DNA of 64,000 nt from Macrostomum lignano (GCA_002269645.1 NIVC01001166.1:1-64000), one strand, 5' to 3'. Shown: positions 21,545 through 34,935, counted from the first letter of the stretch. Numbers and translations: made by a program. Notes: generated from the letters alone by a model not told the origin.

Positions 21545-24500
21545 ATGGCCCAAGCGGACACTGAAGAGGATCTGCCAATTCAAGAGGAAGAGGGCGACTC
21601 TGGCGGCGATGCAGAGTCCATGGAGGACGATGAAGCCGATCGGGAGTCTGGAACCAGCGGCGAGGACAGCAGCGACGACGAGCAAGCCGAGGCCGAAGCC
21701 GAAGCCGCTCTGGAAGGCGAGATCGCCTCGCTTCGCCGCAATCTCGAATCGAACCCCTACCACTACGACTCGCACGTCAGGCTGATTGAGCTGCTGCGCA
21801 GAAGCGGCGAACTGGAGGCGACCAGGGCCGCCAGGGAGCGAATGCACAGCTTCTACCCGCTCAGCCCCGGCCTCTGGCTTGACTGGATCGGCGACGAGCG
21901 GAAACTCATTAGCGGTGGCGCCCCGGCTAGTAAAGAGGCCGCCGCCGACATCGACGCGCTGTTCCGTCGGGCGCTTGACGACTATGCCAGCGTTGACGTA
22001 GCCGTCGAGTACTGCGTATTCGCCATCGGCCAGGCCGCCGCTTCCAATGTCGAGGACGCCAGCGGGTCAGCCGCCGCGGCCGAGAGAGTCAGGCGGGTGT
22101 TTGAGCACTGCGTAGCTCTGGTTGGCCGATTCGCCGGCCGGACAGATCAGCGAGTCTGGGAGGCCTGGCGCGAATTTGAATTGCTCGAGCTGGCCAAGTG
22201 CGAGGCCGCCGCGGCTGTGAGCTCGGCGTCGGCCGCGGCCGCTGAAGCCAACGCGGCTGAGCTTGAGAAGCAGCGCAGCCGGGTGCTGGGGCTGTTCAGG
22301 CGCCACCTGGCCATGCCGCACGTTGGCCTGGAGGCCACCTGGCGCGAACTGTGCGATTGGCTGGCCGAGAAGGAGCAGCAGCCGGCTGAGGAGATGCGGC
22401 AGGTGTACGAGAAAAGCCGCGACGAGCTGCGCCGGATTGAACCGTTTGAGAATCTGCTGGCTGACGAGCCGGATAAGTCTGGTGAGCCAGAGATTAGTCT
22501 CTTTGATTGATTCGGTGCCGGATGCTTGTCGGGATTGGTTTCTGTTATTGAAGTCGGAAATTAAACTAATAAATTTGTTTCGAGGAGGAGAAGGTTTAGA
22601 AAACGTGTCGAATCGAACAGAGATGAAGAAGCTTAGAGATTGTTATTATGCGGAAGTCAAAATGATCATAATTGGATGTTATTTCGAAATAGGGCTTTTA
22701 GAAATGGAATCTCTGGGTGAGATTTATTTATCAAGGAAGGAGATCTCAGGGTCAGATTTATGGATATTGGAATCTCAGTTTTTTAGGATTAAATTTTAAG
22801 ATGCAGTTTCGAAAAAAGAAATTTCAGAGTTAGATAGATTATAACTTGGCTAGGGGGTTGTAGCCTAGTGGTTAGAGCGTCCGACTCACGACTTAAAGGT
22901 CGGGGGTTCGATTCTCGACCCACCCGCAATAATTTGTGTGCTTGAGCAAGACACTTAACTCTGCATTGCTTCAGTTCACCCAGCTGAAACATGGGTGCCA
23001 GCATTAGCTGGGGTAATTGAGGCTGTGTGGCGACCCCCAGTCCTTGGACTGAACAGCCGTACGCAGCCTTCAGATGCGCCGCGCAATAGCTGCGGCTGAG
23101 CTGTCGGTTGCACCTCAGCCCATTAGTGCAGATTTAATCAATTATTTTTATTTTTATTATAGATTAAATCAAATTTCTTGGTGACTACTATTTTAAGGAG
23201 TAAGATCTCAGGTGAGATTGTTTGAGGAGCAAAATCTCACGGGCGAGACTTCTTGAGGGGTAGAATCTCAGTTGAGATTGTTTTTGGAGTAAAATCTCAG
23301 GATGGAGTTTTGAATGACTTCAAGATTTTGAACAATAAATGAATTTAATACATTTCCCAGCTCAGCACTACCGGGCCTACATTGAGGCTGCTGTGGGCCC
23401 GACCGCCCAACAGCTGGCCGTGCTGGAGCGCGCCGTCACTGCCCACTGCTTGGACACGGGCCTCTGGGACGCCTACGTGGCCTACGTTTGGCAGCAGTTC
23501 GAGCCCGGGCCGAAGCTGCTCCATCTCTGCCGGAGAGCCGTACGCAATTGTCCGTGGAGCGGCAGCCTGTGGCGTCAGTTGGCGCTGTGCCAGGAGTGCA
23601 CAGGCTGCGACTACGACACCGAGGTCAAGGTCACCTACGAGAGCGCCGTTGCGGCCGGCCTGTCTGACGCTGCCGACCTGCTGGCGATGTGGCTGGCCTA
23701 TCTGGACGCTGCTAGGAGGCGGGCGGCAGCAACTGAGAGCTGGGATGACTGGCACAGGCTGTGCGAAGCCGGCATGGTTGCCGTGGACGCGATGGCGGCC
23801 GATCCGCAGGCCAGCCTGCTGCGCTATGCGGCTCTGGTGCGGGCCCGGCGTGGCCAGCTGGGCGAGGCCAGGCAGCTGTGGGATCAGGTGAGACCCGGGG
23901 AATGCCTTGGTCATTAGGATCATTAGGACTTGATTGGATGAGATTATAAGACACAAATGAAGACTAAAGGACACAATTAGCGATTTTAAGATACAGAGTA
24001 GAATTATAAAGCGCAGATGAGATCATAAGACAATCATATCATGACAATCATAGGACAAAACGCAGATGGGATCATTAAACACAAATTGGGATCATTAAAC
24101 ACAAATTGGGATCATTAAACACAAATTGGGATCATTAAACACAAATTGGGATCATTAAACACAAATTGGGATCATTAAACACAAATTGGGATCATTAGAC
24201 ACCGGGGCATAATCATAAGACATGAATCGAGATCATTAGACACAAATTGGGATCATTAAACACAAATTGGGATCATTAGACACCGGGGCATAATCATAAG
24301 ACATGAATCGAGATCATTAGACACAAATTGGGATCATAAGACACGGATCGGGATTATTAAACACGGATCGGGATCATGAGACTATCGGGATCATAAGACA
24401 CGAATCATGAGACAGGGATCGGGATCATGAGACAGGGATCTGGATCATGATACAGGGATCGGGATCATTAGACACGGATTGGGATCATGAAACACGAATC

Positions 24501-26159
24501 GGGATCATTAGACAATAAGTCCACCAACCCCCCAATCCAGGTGATGAAGCGCGGGCACGGCAACAGCGCCCAGATGTGGCTGCGGCAGCTGGAATTCGAG
24601 CTGAGATTCGGCGATGCCAAGCACATTCGTCGCTGTCTCAGTCGGGCCGTCAACTCGGTGAGCAGCGTGCCGGAATGCGAGTTGCTGCTGCAGCGGCTGG
24701 TTGATTACGAGCGTGAGGAGGGCGACGTATCCAGCTACGTTGAAGCGTTGAAACGGGCGCAGAAGCAGCGCGCCTTGTTGCAACAACGCGCCGCCGAACA
24801 GGGAGGAAGCGGCAGTGGCGGCAAGCGCAAAGCCGGCAGCAAGGGCGGGGCTACTGAGGCGCAGCCGCCGCCTAACAAGCGGGCGAAAGGCTTGGAGACA
24901 GGAAAGAAGCAGCATAGTGAGTGTTAAGAGAATTTCAATGTTTGTATGTGTGTGTGTGTGTGTGTGTGCGTGTGTGTGGATCACCTAATCCCAATCCCAT
25001 CCTTATCACCTGCTCCACTTAATTTCACGTTAAATCTTAAAGCACGAAGTATTTTATTAACAGCTGTAAAAACAAGAATATTAAAAATTAAAAAGATGGA
25101 GAGGAAAAGCTGAATTTAATTACTCCACCAAAGTCACGTTGAGAAGACAATCTCTTCTTCAAATCTGGCATCGTAAAATTCCCAAATCCTATCTTTCTCA
25201 CCAAATCAACAGCAGCGGACGGGGCAGCCGCCAAGACCGACCCGTTCAAGAAGCCGATGCCTCCGCCGCCTCCGGCCGCAGCCTCCAGCAACAATGTCAG
25301 CCATCACGGCGCGAAAGTGGAGCACGACCCGGCCAAGGACTACCGGACAGTGTTTCTCAGCAACCTGGACTACAAAACGGATGAGGCCGGCATTCGGCAG
25401 GCACTGGCGCCGTGCGCCTCGGACATTGTCAGCGTCCGGCTGGTGCGCGACTATCGCGGCCGGTCTAAAGGCTTCGCCTACGTGGAGTTGAAGTCCGGCG
25501 TAGCGGCCGGCGCCGCCCTCCGGCTGGATCGAACGCTGGTGAATGGCCGGCCGATGTTTGTGTCCGAGTCTCGACAGCGCGGCGGCGGCTCCTCGGACAC
25601 CAGCGCCAACGATAGCGCGTTTAAATTCGACACGGGCTTAGAGCGGAACAAGCTGTTCATTCGGAACCTGCCGAAGACTATGGACCAGGCCGGGTTCGAG
25701 CGCCTGTGCTCGGCCCAGCCCGGCTACCGGACCGCCCGCCTGGCCATGTTCCGCAACGGCGCCCCGAAGGGCCACGGCTACGCTGAGTTCGCCGACGAAT
25801 CGTCGGCTAATAAAGCTTTGGCCGCTTTGAACTGCTCTCAGGTTGGGGACAACGAGATTGAGGTTAGCATTAGCAACCCGCCGGCTAGGCAGGGCGGCGG
25901 CGGTCGCGGTGGCGGAGGTCGCGGCGGAGGTCGCGGCGGAGGTCGCGGCGGAGGTCGCGGAGGCGGCGGCGGCGGCGGTCGTCGCGAAGACCACACGAGC
26001 ACGGATCCGACCAGGCATAGGACGCAGATTTCGCTGGTGCCAAGGCAGCTGAAAACATCGGCGGACACTTCCGGTGTTTCGGCTTCCGGTAGCGAGAGCG
26101 GCAGCGGAGGTGGGCGGATGTCGAATGACGACTTCCGGAATATGCTGATGCGGAAGTAG
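21545..26159 (+). CDS. SART3: SART3/p110/Prp24 U4/U6 snRNP recycling factor; exons 21545-22481, 23361-23887, 24541-24916, 25213-26159
   Basis: Acidic N-terminus, HAT repeats (NPYHYDSHVRLIELLRRSGELE..RAARERMHSFYPLSPGLWLDWIGDE; RAVRNCPWSGSLW), two RRMs (TVFLSNLDY...SKGFAYVEL; NKLFIRNLP...PKGHGYAEF) and C-terminal LSm-interaction motif MSNDDFRNMLMRK*. Phases are consistent. Confidence 0.95.
22853..23140 (+). mobile_element. tRNA-derived CORE-SINE (MIR-like) in SART3 intron 1
   Basis: A-box TAGCCTAGTGG (22861), B-box GGTTCGATTCT (22905), CAC anticodon-like loop, then GTGTGCTTGAGCAAGACACTTAACTCTGCATTGCTTCAGTTCACCCAGCTGAAACATGGG, resembling the recalled MIR CORE (GTGTGACCTTGGGCAAGTCACTTAACCTCTCTGAGCCTCAGTTTCCTCATCTGTAAAATGGG); AT-rich tail. 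Confidence 0.8.
24060..24515. repeat. ~20-bp minisatellite in SART3 intron 2
   Basis: GGGATCATTAAACACAAATT and variants. Confidence 0.9.
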
Positions 26160-26494
26160 CTGACGCTGATGCGGACAGAACCATTTGCTAGCATTTCTTA
26201 TGTTAACCCGTCACCCAATATGTTTGGCACAATATTTCTGTTAGTTGCATAACTATGTAACCATAATTCTCAAGCTTTTATCCATATGTTCCGGCCTAAA
26301 GTTGTGTATGACATCTTTAATGTATTTTAGTAAAATTGAGCTATCATCACTGAAACATACCTGCTATTTTATATAATGCTTTGTTTGATTTCTCTTTTCA
26401 AAAGCATCACTTGGATCATTTTGGAACAAACAAGGAAAAATAGATTTTTACTTATCTGTTATAGCTTCCCTTTCTCTGGTTAACAACTTCTCCG

Positions 26495-27090
26495 TTTCCC
26501 CGGTTATCTAGCGGACTGTTACCCTCTGTTTCCCCGGTTATCTAGCGGACTGTCACCCTGCTTCCCCGGTTATCTAGCGGACTGTCACCCTGCTTCCCCG
26601 GTTATCTAGCGGACTGTCACCCTGCTTCCCCGGTTATCTAGCGGACTGCCACCCTGTTTCCCCGGTTATCTAGCGGACTGTCACCCCCGTTTCCCCGGTT
26701 ATCTAGCGGACTGTCACCCCCTGTTTCCCCGGTTATGTAGCAGACTGTCACCCTGTTTCCCCAGTTATCTAGTGGACTGTCACCCCCGTTTCCGGTTATC
26801 TAGCGGACTGTCACCCCCGTTTCCGGTTATCTAGCGGACTGTCACCCCCGTTTCCGGTTATCTAGCGGACTGTCACCCCCGTTTCCGGTTATCTAGCGGA
26901 CTGTCACCCCCGTTTCCGGTTATCTAGCGGACTGTCACCCCCGTTTCCGGTTATCTAGCGGACTGTCACCCCCGTTTCCGGTTATCTAGCGGACTGTCAC
27001 CCCTGTTTCCGGTTATCTAGCGGACTGTCACCCCCGTTTCCGGTTATCTAGCGGACTGTCACCCCCGTTTCCGGTTATCTAGCGGACTTC
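26495..27090. repeat. ~31-bp minisatellite downstream of SART3
   Basis: CCGGTTATCTAGCGGACTGTCACCCCCGTTT units. Confidence 0.95.
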
Positions 27091-27559
27091 TGGCTAACTT
27101 TTACTCCGTATCAAATCAATTAAAAAATCCCATTCAATATCTGATTTTGTTATAATCTGTTCCAAAAGAGTTCATCAACAAATAAAAAGGGAAGTGCAGT
27201 GCAAATCCCGCCGCATCTCAGTTTAATCTCCCATTTCGATTTGGTTTCACGTTCATGCGCAATATCCGTATATTGCCCCCAGGCTAGGCCCGCCGGGACT
27301 TCTAAATTCCAAAGGACCAGTTCGGTGTCGTCAACAGGGCCGGCCTTCAAAAACCGACTTCGCGAGTGGCCAGCTCGTCCTGGGGTAAGTTTTGACCCGT
27401 GCCTATCTGCGTCGGGGCGGTCATTAAGTTTTATTGCGACCACAAGTGCAGCAGCGCATTCTCCGAGCGGCTTGAGTCTGTTTGGAACTTTCTCGCCATG
27501 GCTCACCCCAGCTCTTCACGTCTATCTGTGCGCTGTTATCCACTTATCCGTTCTGAATA

Positions 27560-28290
27560 TTTTATGCAGCATTTTTGTTGTGTATTTTATGGGCAACTTT
27601 CCCCAATCCCTTATCTCGGGTCTCTCTCAGATCTCTTCTAAATCTCTCAGATCTCTCTCTAATCTCTCTAAATATTCTAAATCTAAATCTAAATATTTAC
27701 GCAGCATTTTTGTTGTGTATTTTATGGGCAACTTTCCCCAATCTCTTATCTCGGGTCTCTCCCAGATCTCCTCTAAATCTCTCAGATCTCTCTCTAATCT
27801 CTCTAAATATTCTAAATCTAAATCTAAATATTTACGCAGCATTTTTGTTGTGTATTTTATGGGCAACTTTCCCCAATCTCTTATCTCGGGTCTCTCCCAG
27901 ATCTCCTCTAAATCTCTCAGATCTCTCTCTAATCTCTCTGGTCTCCCTATAGACTCTCTGTTCTCTCTCTGATCTCTCCCAGATCTCACTCTGATCCCTC
28001 CCAGATCTCACTCTGATCTCTCCCAGATCTCACTCTGATCTCTCCCAGATCTCACTCTGATCTCACTCATCTCCCAAATCTCAATCTCTCCCAGATCTCA
28101 CTCTGATCTCTCAAAGCTCCCAGATCTCACTCTGATCTCTCAAATCTCTCCCAGATCTCACTCTGATGTCTTCCAGATCTCTTTCAGAGCTAATCTCTCT
28201 GGTCTCTGATCTCTCCCATGTCTCACTCTAATCACTCTCAAAATCTCTTAAATCTCTCAGATCTCTCTTCTGTCTCTCTCAGATCTTTTT
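27560..28290. repeat. 135-bp repeat (~2.7 copies) followed by a degenerate ~22-bp CTCTCCCAGATCTCACTCTGAT array
   Basis: GCAGCATTTTTGTTGTG recurs at 27566, 27701 and 27836. Confidence 0.9.
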
Positions 28291-29080
28291 CCCAGCTCTT
28301 TCGGTTCCTCTCCTAAATATCCTCAATCCAAATCAAAGCCATATGGAGTGTAAGACAGATAGCGCTTCCCGTATCACTGCTATTAGTTTATAAACTTTAA
28401 AAAAATTATGTGCGGCATATATACACAAATAAAGTTTAAACCTCTGGCGACTCCAATTAATTTTGTTTTAGTGTCATCTAAAATCAGTGTGGTCCTCACA
28501 CCAACACTGCTGCTGTATGAATTCATAGTTTTAAAAACTGTGCCTGCTACTAAGACTGAACTGTGCAAGATATTTCCATTTTTTGTAGTGCTTTAAGCAT
28601 ATTTCTGCTTCTGCTCTTGCTTGAGCCGGAATCTCCTGGGACCAGCTAGCTGTGCTGTATGGCGATGGACGGCCCGCGCTTTATTACCTCTGCTAGCCAG
28701 CCTCATAAGCATGCATTCTTCTGGGCTAATAGTTTCCCATTCCCGATTGCATGTCTTCGCAGTCCCTGCCGCCACATTATTATCCGGGATTAATAAAAAA
28801 ACAGTCCCAGTTCCTTTAAACTGAACTGGGCCAAGCAGCAGTTCGGAGTTCCATTAGTGCGGCGTGAGCTATCCGGGTCTTAATCGCTTATTTAGCCTTT
28901 GCCGTGCGCGCGTCTTTTGCGATTCAAGAACTGCTCAAACCCTACAGATTAGGATCTGGGACTACGCGCTGGATCAAGCAGCTTATAAAGAAAATATTGC
29001 TTGCTTTTTCAATTTTGCCATTCTTAAGATGAAAGTCAGGACAAATTTTAAATATTAATGAATAATATTGTTTCACAGCA

Positions 29081-29252
29081 CTGACGGCAATTCTGCCCTT
29101 TCCGTTGACTCCTTAGCACACACAAGTGCTCCAATACTGTACTCAGGCACGGACTCATGCACACGCTCACACGGGGTGTACAGCGCCCCTTGTGACTTTC
29201 CAATCGTCAGGCATGTACAGTCTCTGTGCCTTGGTGGTTGGCCATCATGGGG
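29081..29252 (+). mobile_element. Dispersed repeat, copy B
   Basis: Collinear similarity to 14924-15075. Confidence 0.65.
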
Positions 29253-29989
29253 CTGTGAATCGCAGCACCCATGGCTGCGGAGGTTCAGTATCTAAATTTA
29301 GATCGACTTAGAATGGAATGTTAAGAAAATGTAAAACTTAGATAATCTCAGTGCGATAGTAATGTCGATCTAGAATGGGTATATTAGCAATTTTGAATGA
29401 CAGTCTGTGACAGTCTGTTGTGAGATCCGGATGTGTTCAGTGCGACATTATCACTACAGGATAGTGCCTCCTTAGTGCTTCTCTTCCTGATGGAACGGAG
29501 CGCATTCTGTTATAAAAAGTGTTCTTAGCAGGCTGCTATTATCGCGAAAGAAGCAAGAAAAGGGGGATTTCGCCTGTCATTTCCACTTGCATTTGTCTTC
29601 CATTTGCGTCGGTTACTACACACTTGCTGCCCCACCTTGCAGTATCTCGCGTCGCGCACTTAGCCTAGCGCGCGATTTCTTTCGTGTCAACTTTTCTCCC
29701 TGATCCCTGGTGTGCTTACAGTCAGGTTCTGGCCTTGTAAAGTGTGCAATATGTATTTTTTAGATATGAAGAGTGCAGACAATTGCTACACTTGATGGGA
29801 ATTGGAAAAATTCTGCATGCAAAATCCTCACCTTGGCTAGCGTTGGTTGCAAACTCGCTCTTGGTTATGGCAGACTCACCATTGCATCTGCAACTGGGAA
29901 CTATTATGGTACTCAGGGGCTATGCTACCATACCATGGACTATGTTAAGGTAGCATTTGAAACAATTCGGATCTGCAAATGGAAACTAT

Positions 29990-30750
29990 GGTTGTATAAT
30001 TTGATACGGTTTGAAACTGCAACCGAGGTCTACGGTTGAAGAATGGCACATTTTAGAAGTGCAACCGAAGACTATGTTTGCGGAATGGCACACTTTGGAA
30101 GTGCAACCGAATACTATGTTTGCGGAATGGCACACTTTGGAAGTGCAACCGAAGACTATGTTTGCGAAATGGCACACTTTGGAAGTGCAACCGAAGACTA
30201 TGTTTGCGGAATGGCACACTTTGGAAGTGCAACCGAATACTATGTTTGCGGAATGGCACATTTTAGAAGTGCAACCGAAGACTATGTTTGCGGAATGGCA
30301 CACTTTGGAAGTGCAACCGAATACTATGTTTGCGGAATGGCACACTTTGGAAGTGCAACCGAAGACTATGTTTGCGAAATGGCACACTTTGGAAGTGCAA
30401 CCGAAGACTATGTTTGCGGAATGGCACACTTTGGAAGTGCAACCGAATACTATGTTTGCGGAATGGCACACTTTGGAAGTGCAACCGAAGACTATGTTTG
30501 CGAAATGGCACACTTTGGAAGTGCAACCGAAGACTATGTTTGCGGAATGGCACACTTTGGAAGTGCAACCGAAGACTATGTTTGCGGAATGGCACACTTT
30601 GGAAGTGCAACCGAGATCTATGGTTGAAGAATGGCACACTTTGGAAGTGCAGCAGAGGTCTATGGTTGAAGAATGGCACACTTTGGAAGTGCAAATGGAA
30701 ACTATGGTTGTAGAATTTAATGCGGTTTTAAACTGCAACCGAGGTCTATA
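29990..30750. repeat. 42-bp minisatellite
   Basis: GGAAGTGCAACCGAAGACTATGTTTGCGGAATGGCACACTTT, ~17 copies. Confidence 0.95.
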
Positions 30751-31469
30751 GTTGCAGAATAGCATAACTCAGTTGACTTCTTGATATAAATTTTATTCAG
30801 AAAATATGTAGTCAAATTTTGCCATTAATTTAGCTCGTACTATCGAACTTTTCTTACTCCAGCGCGTTGCTTGTTTTTTATCAAGTTCGAAAATATAAGT
30901 ATTTTCCTCCTTTACTCGTATGCGTGGCTGGCAAATTTGAGGCTCATTTTATCAGATCAAAATCCCGGGATGCCTCTCGGCTTGGGCGCAGGATACCAAC
31001 TGCTGTCATTATTCAAGGCCGGATGGGACGGGGATCGCTGGCAAAGATGGGGAGTCGAAAAATAGGACCGCAGATTCAGTTCTGATTTATGCACCCAGCG
31101 TTAGGCGCCATTTCTCTTACCCTGCCGCCTATTACATTCCCTGTCTTGCCGGCTGGCTAATCCAGTAGGGATAAGTATTCTTCACTTATTTGGCCGTCTG
31201 TTGCCACCGAGTTGTGCTGTTTTCTTTTAGCTAATTTTCATGCTTTCAATTAGCTTTCCGTGGTGCTCCTGTGGGGCTTTGGAAGGTCATCCTAATTGGG
31301 ATTATTTCTTTGTTGTTTTTGGGCTTGTTTTGCTTTTGGTGAAAACATAAGTGCATTAAACATGTCGGAATTTAATTCTCTGGCCTCTAAAAAGGGCTTT
31401 GCGTCTATTGTTGTTGAGGACTAATATTTACCAGTAGCAGGAACGCAGACAAAGACTGATTTTGATTGA

Positions 31470-34400
31470 CAAAATAACTTGCACCTAAACAAAGACTGAT
31501 ATTGACTAACGGTTGAACTGGTGCCCAGACAAAAAAACTGATATTGATTACCAAAAGAACTGACGCCCAGACAAAAAACTGATATTGATTACCAAAAGAA
31601 CTGACGCCCAGACAAAAAACTGATGTTTATTAGCGAAAGAACTGACGCCCAGACAAAAAACTGATATTGATTACCAAAAGAACTGACGCCCAGACAAAAA
31701 ACTGATATTGATTACCAAAAGAACTGACGCCCAGACAAAAAACTGATATTGATTACCAAAAGAACTGACGCCCAGACAAAAAACTGATATTGATTACCAA
31801 AAGAACTGACGCCCAGACAAAAACTGATGTTTATTAGCGAAAGAACTTGCGCCCAGACAAACACTGATGTTTATTGACGAAAGAACTTGCGCCCAGACAA
31901 AGGCTGATGTTTATTGACGAAAGAACTTGCGCCCAGACAAAGGCTGATGTTTATTGACGAAAGAACTTGCGCCCAGACAAAGGCTGATGTTTATTGACGA
32001 AAGAACTTGCGCCCAGACAAAGGCTGATGTTTATTGACGAAAGAACTTGCGCCCAGACAAAGGCTGATGTTTATTGACGAAAGAACTTGCGCCCAGACAA
32101 AGGCTGATGTTTATTGACGAAAGAACTTGCGCCCAGACAAAGGCTGATGTTTATTGACGAAAGAACTTGCGCCCAGACAAAGGCTGATGTTTATTGACGA
32201 AAGAACTTGCGCCCAGACAAAGGCTGATGTTTATTGACGAAAGAACTGGCGCCCAGACAAAAACTGATAGTGATTACCAAAAGAACTGGCGCTCAGACAA
32301 AAGCTGATAGTGATTACCAAAAGAACTGGCGCCCAGACAAAAGCTGATAGTGATTACCAAAAGAACTGGCGCTCAGACAAAAGCTGATAGTGATTACCAA
32401 AAGAACTGGCGCTCAGACAAAAGCTGATAGTGATTACCAAAAGAACTGGCGCTCAGACAAAAGCTGATAGTGATTACCAAAAGAACTGGCGCTCAGACAA
32501 AAGCTGATAGTGATTACCAAAAGAACTGGCGCTCAGACAAAAGCTGATAGTGATTACCAAAAGAACTGGCGCTCAGACAAAAGCTGATAGTGATTATCAA
32601 AAGAACTGACGCCCAGACAAAAACTGATGTTTATTGACGAAAGAACTGGCGCCCAGACAAAAGCTGATAGTGATTACCAAAAGAACTGACGCCCAGACAA
32701 AAGCTGATAGTGATTATCAAAAGAACTGGCGCTCAGACAAAAACTGATGTTTATTGACGAAAGAACTGGCGCCCAGACAAAAGCTGATAGTGATTACCAA
32801 AAGAACTGGCGCTCAGACAAAAGCTGATAGTGATTACCAAAAGAACTGACGCCCAGACAAAAGCTGATAGTGATTATCAAAAGAACTGGCGCCCAGACAA
32901 AAACTGATGTTTATTGACGAAAGAACTGGCGCCCAGACAAAAGCTGATAGTGATTACCAAAAGAACTGACGCCCAGACAAAAGCTGATAGTGATTACCAA
33001 AAGAACTGGCGCTCAGACAAAAGCTGATAGTGATTACCAAAAGAACTGACGCCCAGACAAAAACTGATGTTTATTGACGAAAGAACTGGCGCCCAGACAA
33101 AAGCTGATAGTGATTACCAAAAGAACTGGCGCTCAGACAAAAGCTGATAGTGATTACCAAAAGAACTGACGCCCAGACAAAAGCTGATAGTGATTATCAA
33201 AAGAACTGGCGCCCAGACAAAAACTGATGTTTATTGACGAAAGAACTGGCGCCCAGACAAAAGCTGATAGTGATTACCAAAAGAACTGACGCCCAGACAA
33301 AAGCTGATAGTGATTACCAAAAGAACTGGCGCTCAGACAAAAGCTGATAGTGATTACCAAAAGAACTGACGCCCAGACAAAAACTGATGTTTATTGACGA
33401 AAGAACTGGCGCCCAGACAAAAGCTGATAGTGATTATCAAAAGAACTGGCGCTCAGACAAAAACTGATGTTTATTGACGAAAGAACTGGCGCCCAGACAA
33501 AAGCTGATAGTGATTACCAAAAGAACTGGCGCTCAGACAAAAGCTGATAGTGATTACCAAAAGAACTGACGCCCAGACAAAAGCTGATAGTGATTATCAA
33601 AAGAACTGGCGCTCAGACAAAAGCTGATAGTGATTACCAAAAGAACTGGCGCTCAGACAAAAGCTGATAGTGATTACCAAAAGAACTGGCGCTCAGACAA
33701 AAGCTGATAGTGATTACCAAAAGAACTGGCGCTCAGACAAAAACTGATGTTTATTGACGAAAGAACTGGCGCCCAGACAAAAGCTGATAGTGATTATCAA
33801 AAGAACTGACGCCCAGACAAAAACTGATGTTTATTGACGAAAGAACTGGCGCCCAGACAAAAGCTGATAGTGATTACCAAAAGAACTGACGCCCAGACAA
33901 AAACTGATAGTGATTACCAAAAGAACTGGCGCTCAGACAAAAGCTGATAGTGATTACCAAAAGAACTGGCGCTCAGACAAAAGCTGATAGTGATTACCAT
34001 AAGAACTGGCGCTCAGACAAAAGCTGATAGTGATTACCATAAGAACTGGCGCTCAGACAAAAACTGATAGTGATTACCAAAGAACTGGCGCCCAGACAAA
34101 AGCTGATAGTGATTACCAAAAGAACTGGCGCTCAGACAAAAACTGATGTTTATTGACGAAAGAACTGGCGCCCAGACAAAAGCTGATAGTGATTATCAAA
34201 AGAACTGACGCCCAGACAAAAACTGATGTTTATTGACGAAAGAACTGGCGCCCAGACAAAAGCTGATAGTGATTACCAAAAGAACTGACGCCCAGACAAA
34301 AACTGATAGTGATTACCAAAATAACTGGCGCTCAGACAAAAGCTGATAGTGATTACCATAAGAACTGGCGCTCAGACAAAAGCTGATAGTGATTACCATA

Positions 34401-34935
34401 AGAACTGGCGCTCAGACAAAAACTGATAGTGATTACCAAAGAACTGGCGCCCAGACAAAAGCTGATAGTGATTACCAAAAGAACTGACGCCCAGACAAAA
34501 GCTGATAGTGATTACCAAAAGAACTGGCGCTCAGACAAAAACTGATGTTTATTGACGAAAGAACTGGCGCCCAGACAAAAGCTGATAGTGATTATCAAAA
34601 GAACTGACGCCCAGACAAAAACTGATGTTTATTGACGAAAGAACTGGCGCCCAGACAAAAGCTGATAGTGATTACCAAAAGAACTGACGCCCAGACAAAA
34701 ACTGATAGTGATTACCAAAATAACTGGCGCTCAGACAAAAGCTGATAGTGATTACCATAAGAACTGGCGCTCAGACAAAAGCTGATAGTGATTACCATAA
34801 GAACTGGCGCTCAGACAAAAACTGATAGTGATTACCAAAGAACTGGCGCCCAGACAAAAGCTGATAGTGATTACCAAAAGAACTGGCGCTCAGACAAAAG
34901 CTGATAGTGATTACCAAAAGACCTAGCACCCAGAC
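31470..34935. repeat. 3.4-kb array of a 40-bp satellite with two interleaved variants
   Basis: GCCCAGACAAAAGCTGATAGTGATTACCAAAAGAACTGGC and the variant with GTTTATTGACGA; ~85 copies. Confidence 0.97.

Noticed and set aside
22853-22928. Functional tRNA-Val(CAC) gene
   Set aside because: Acceptor and T stems pair poorly, there is no T-run terminator, and it continues into a CORE-like SINE body.
27150-27530. GC-richer island with overlapping 80-120 aa ORFs
   Set aside because: No recognisable domain or splice structure; probably a repeat relic.
20136-34935. CRISPR-like appearance of the long arrays
   Set aside because: Units are contiguous with no unique spacers, there are no cas genes, and the context is eukaryotic.
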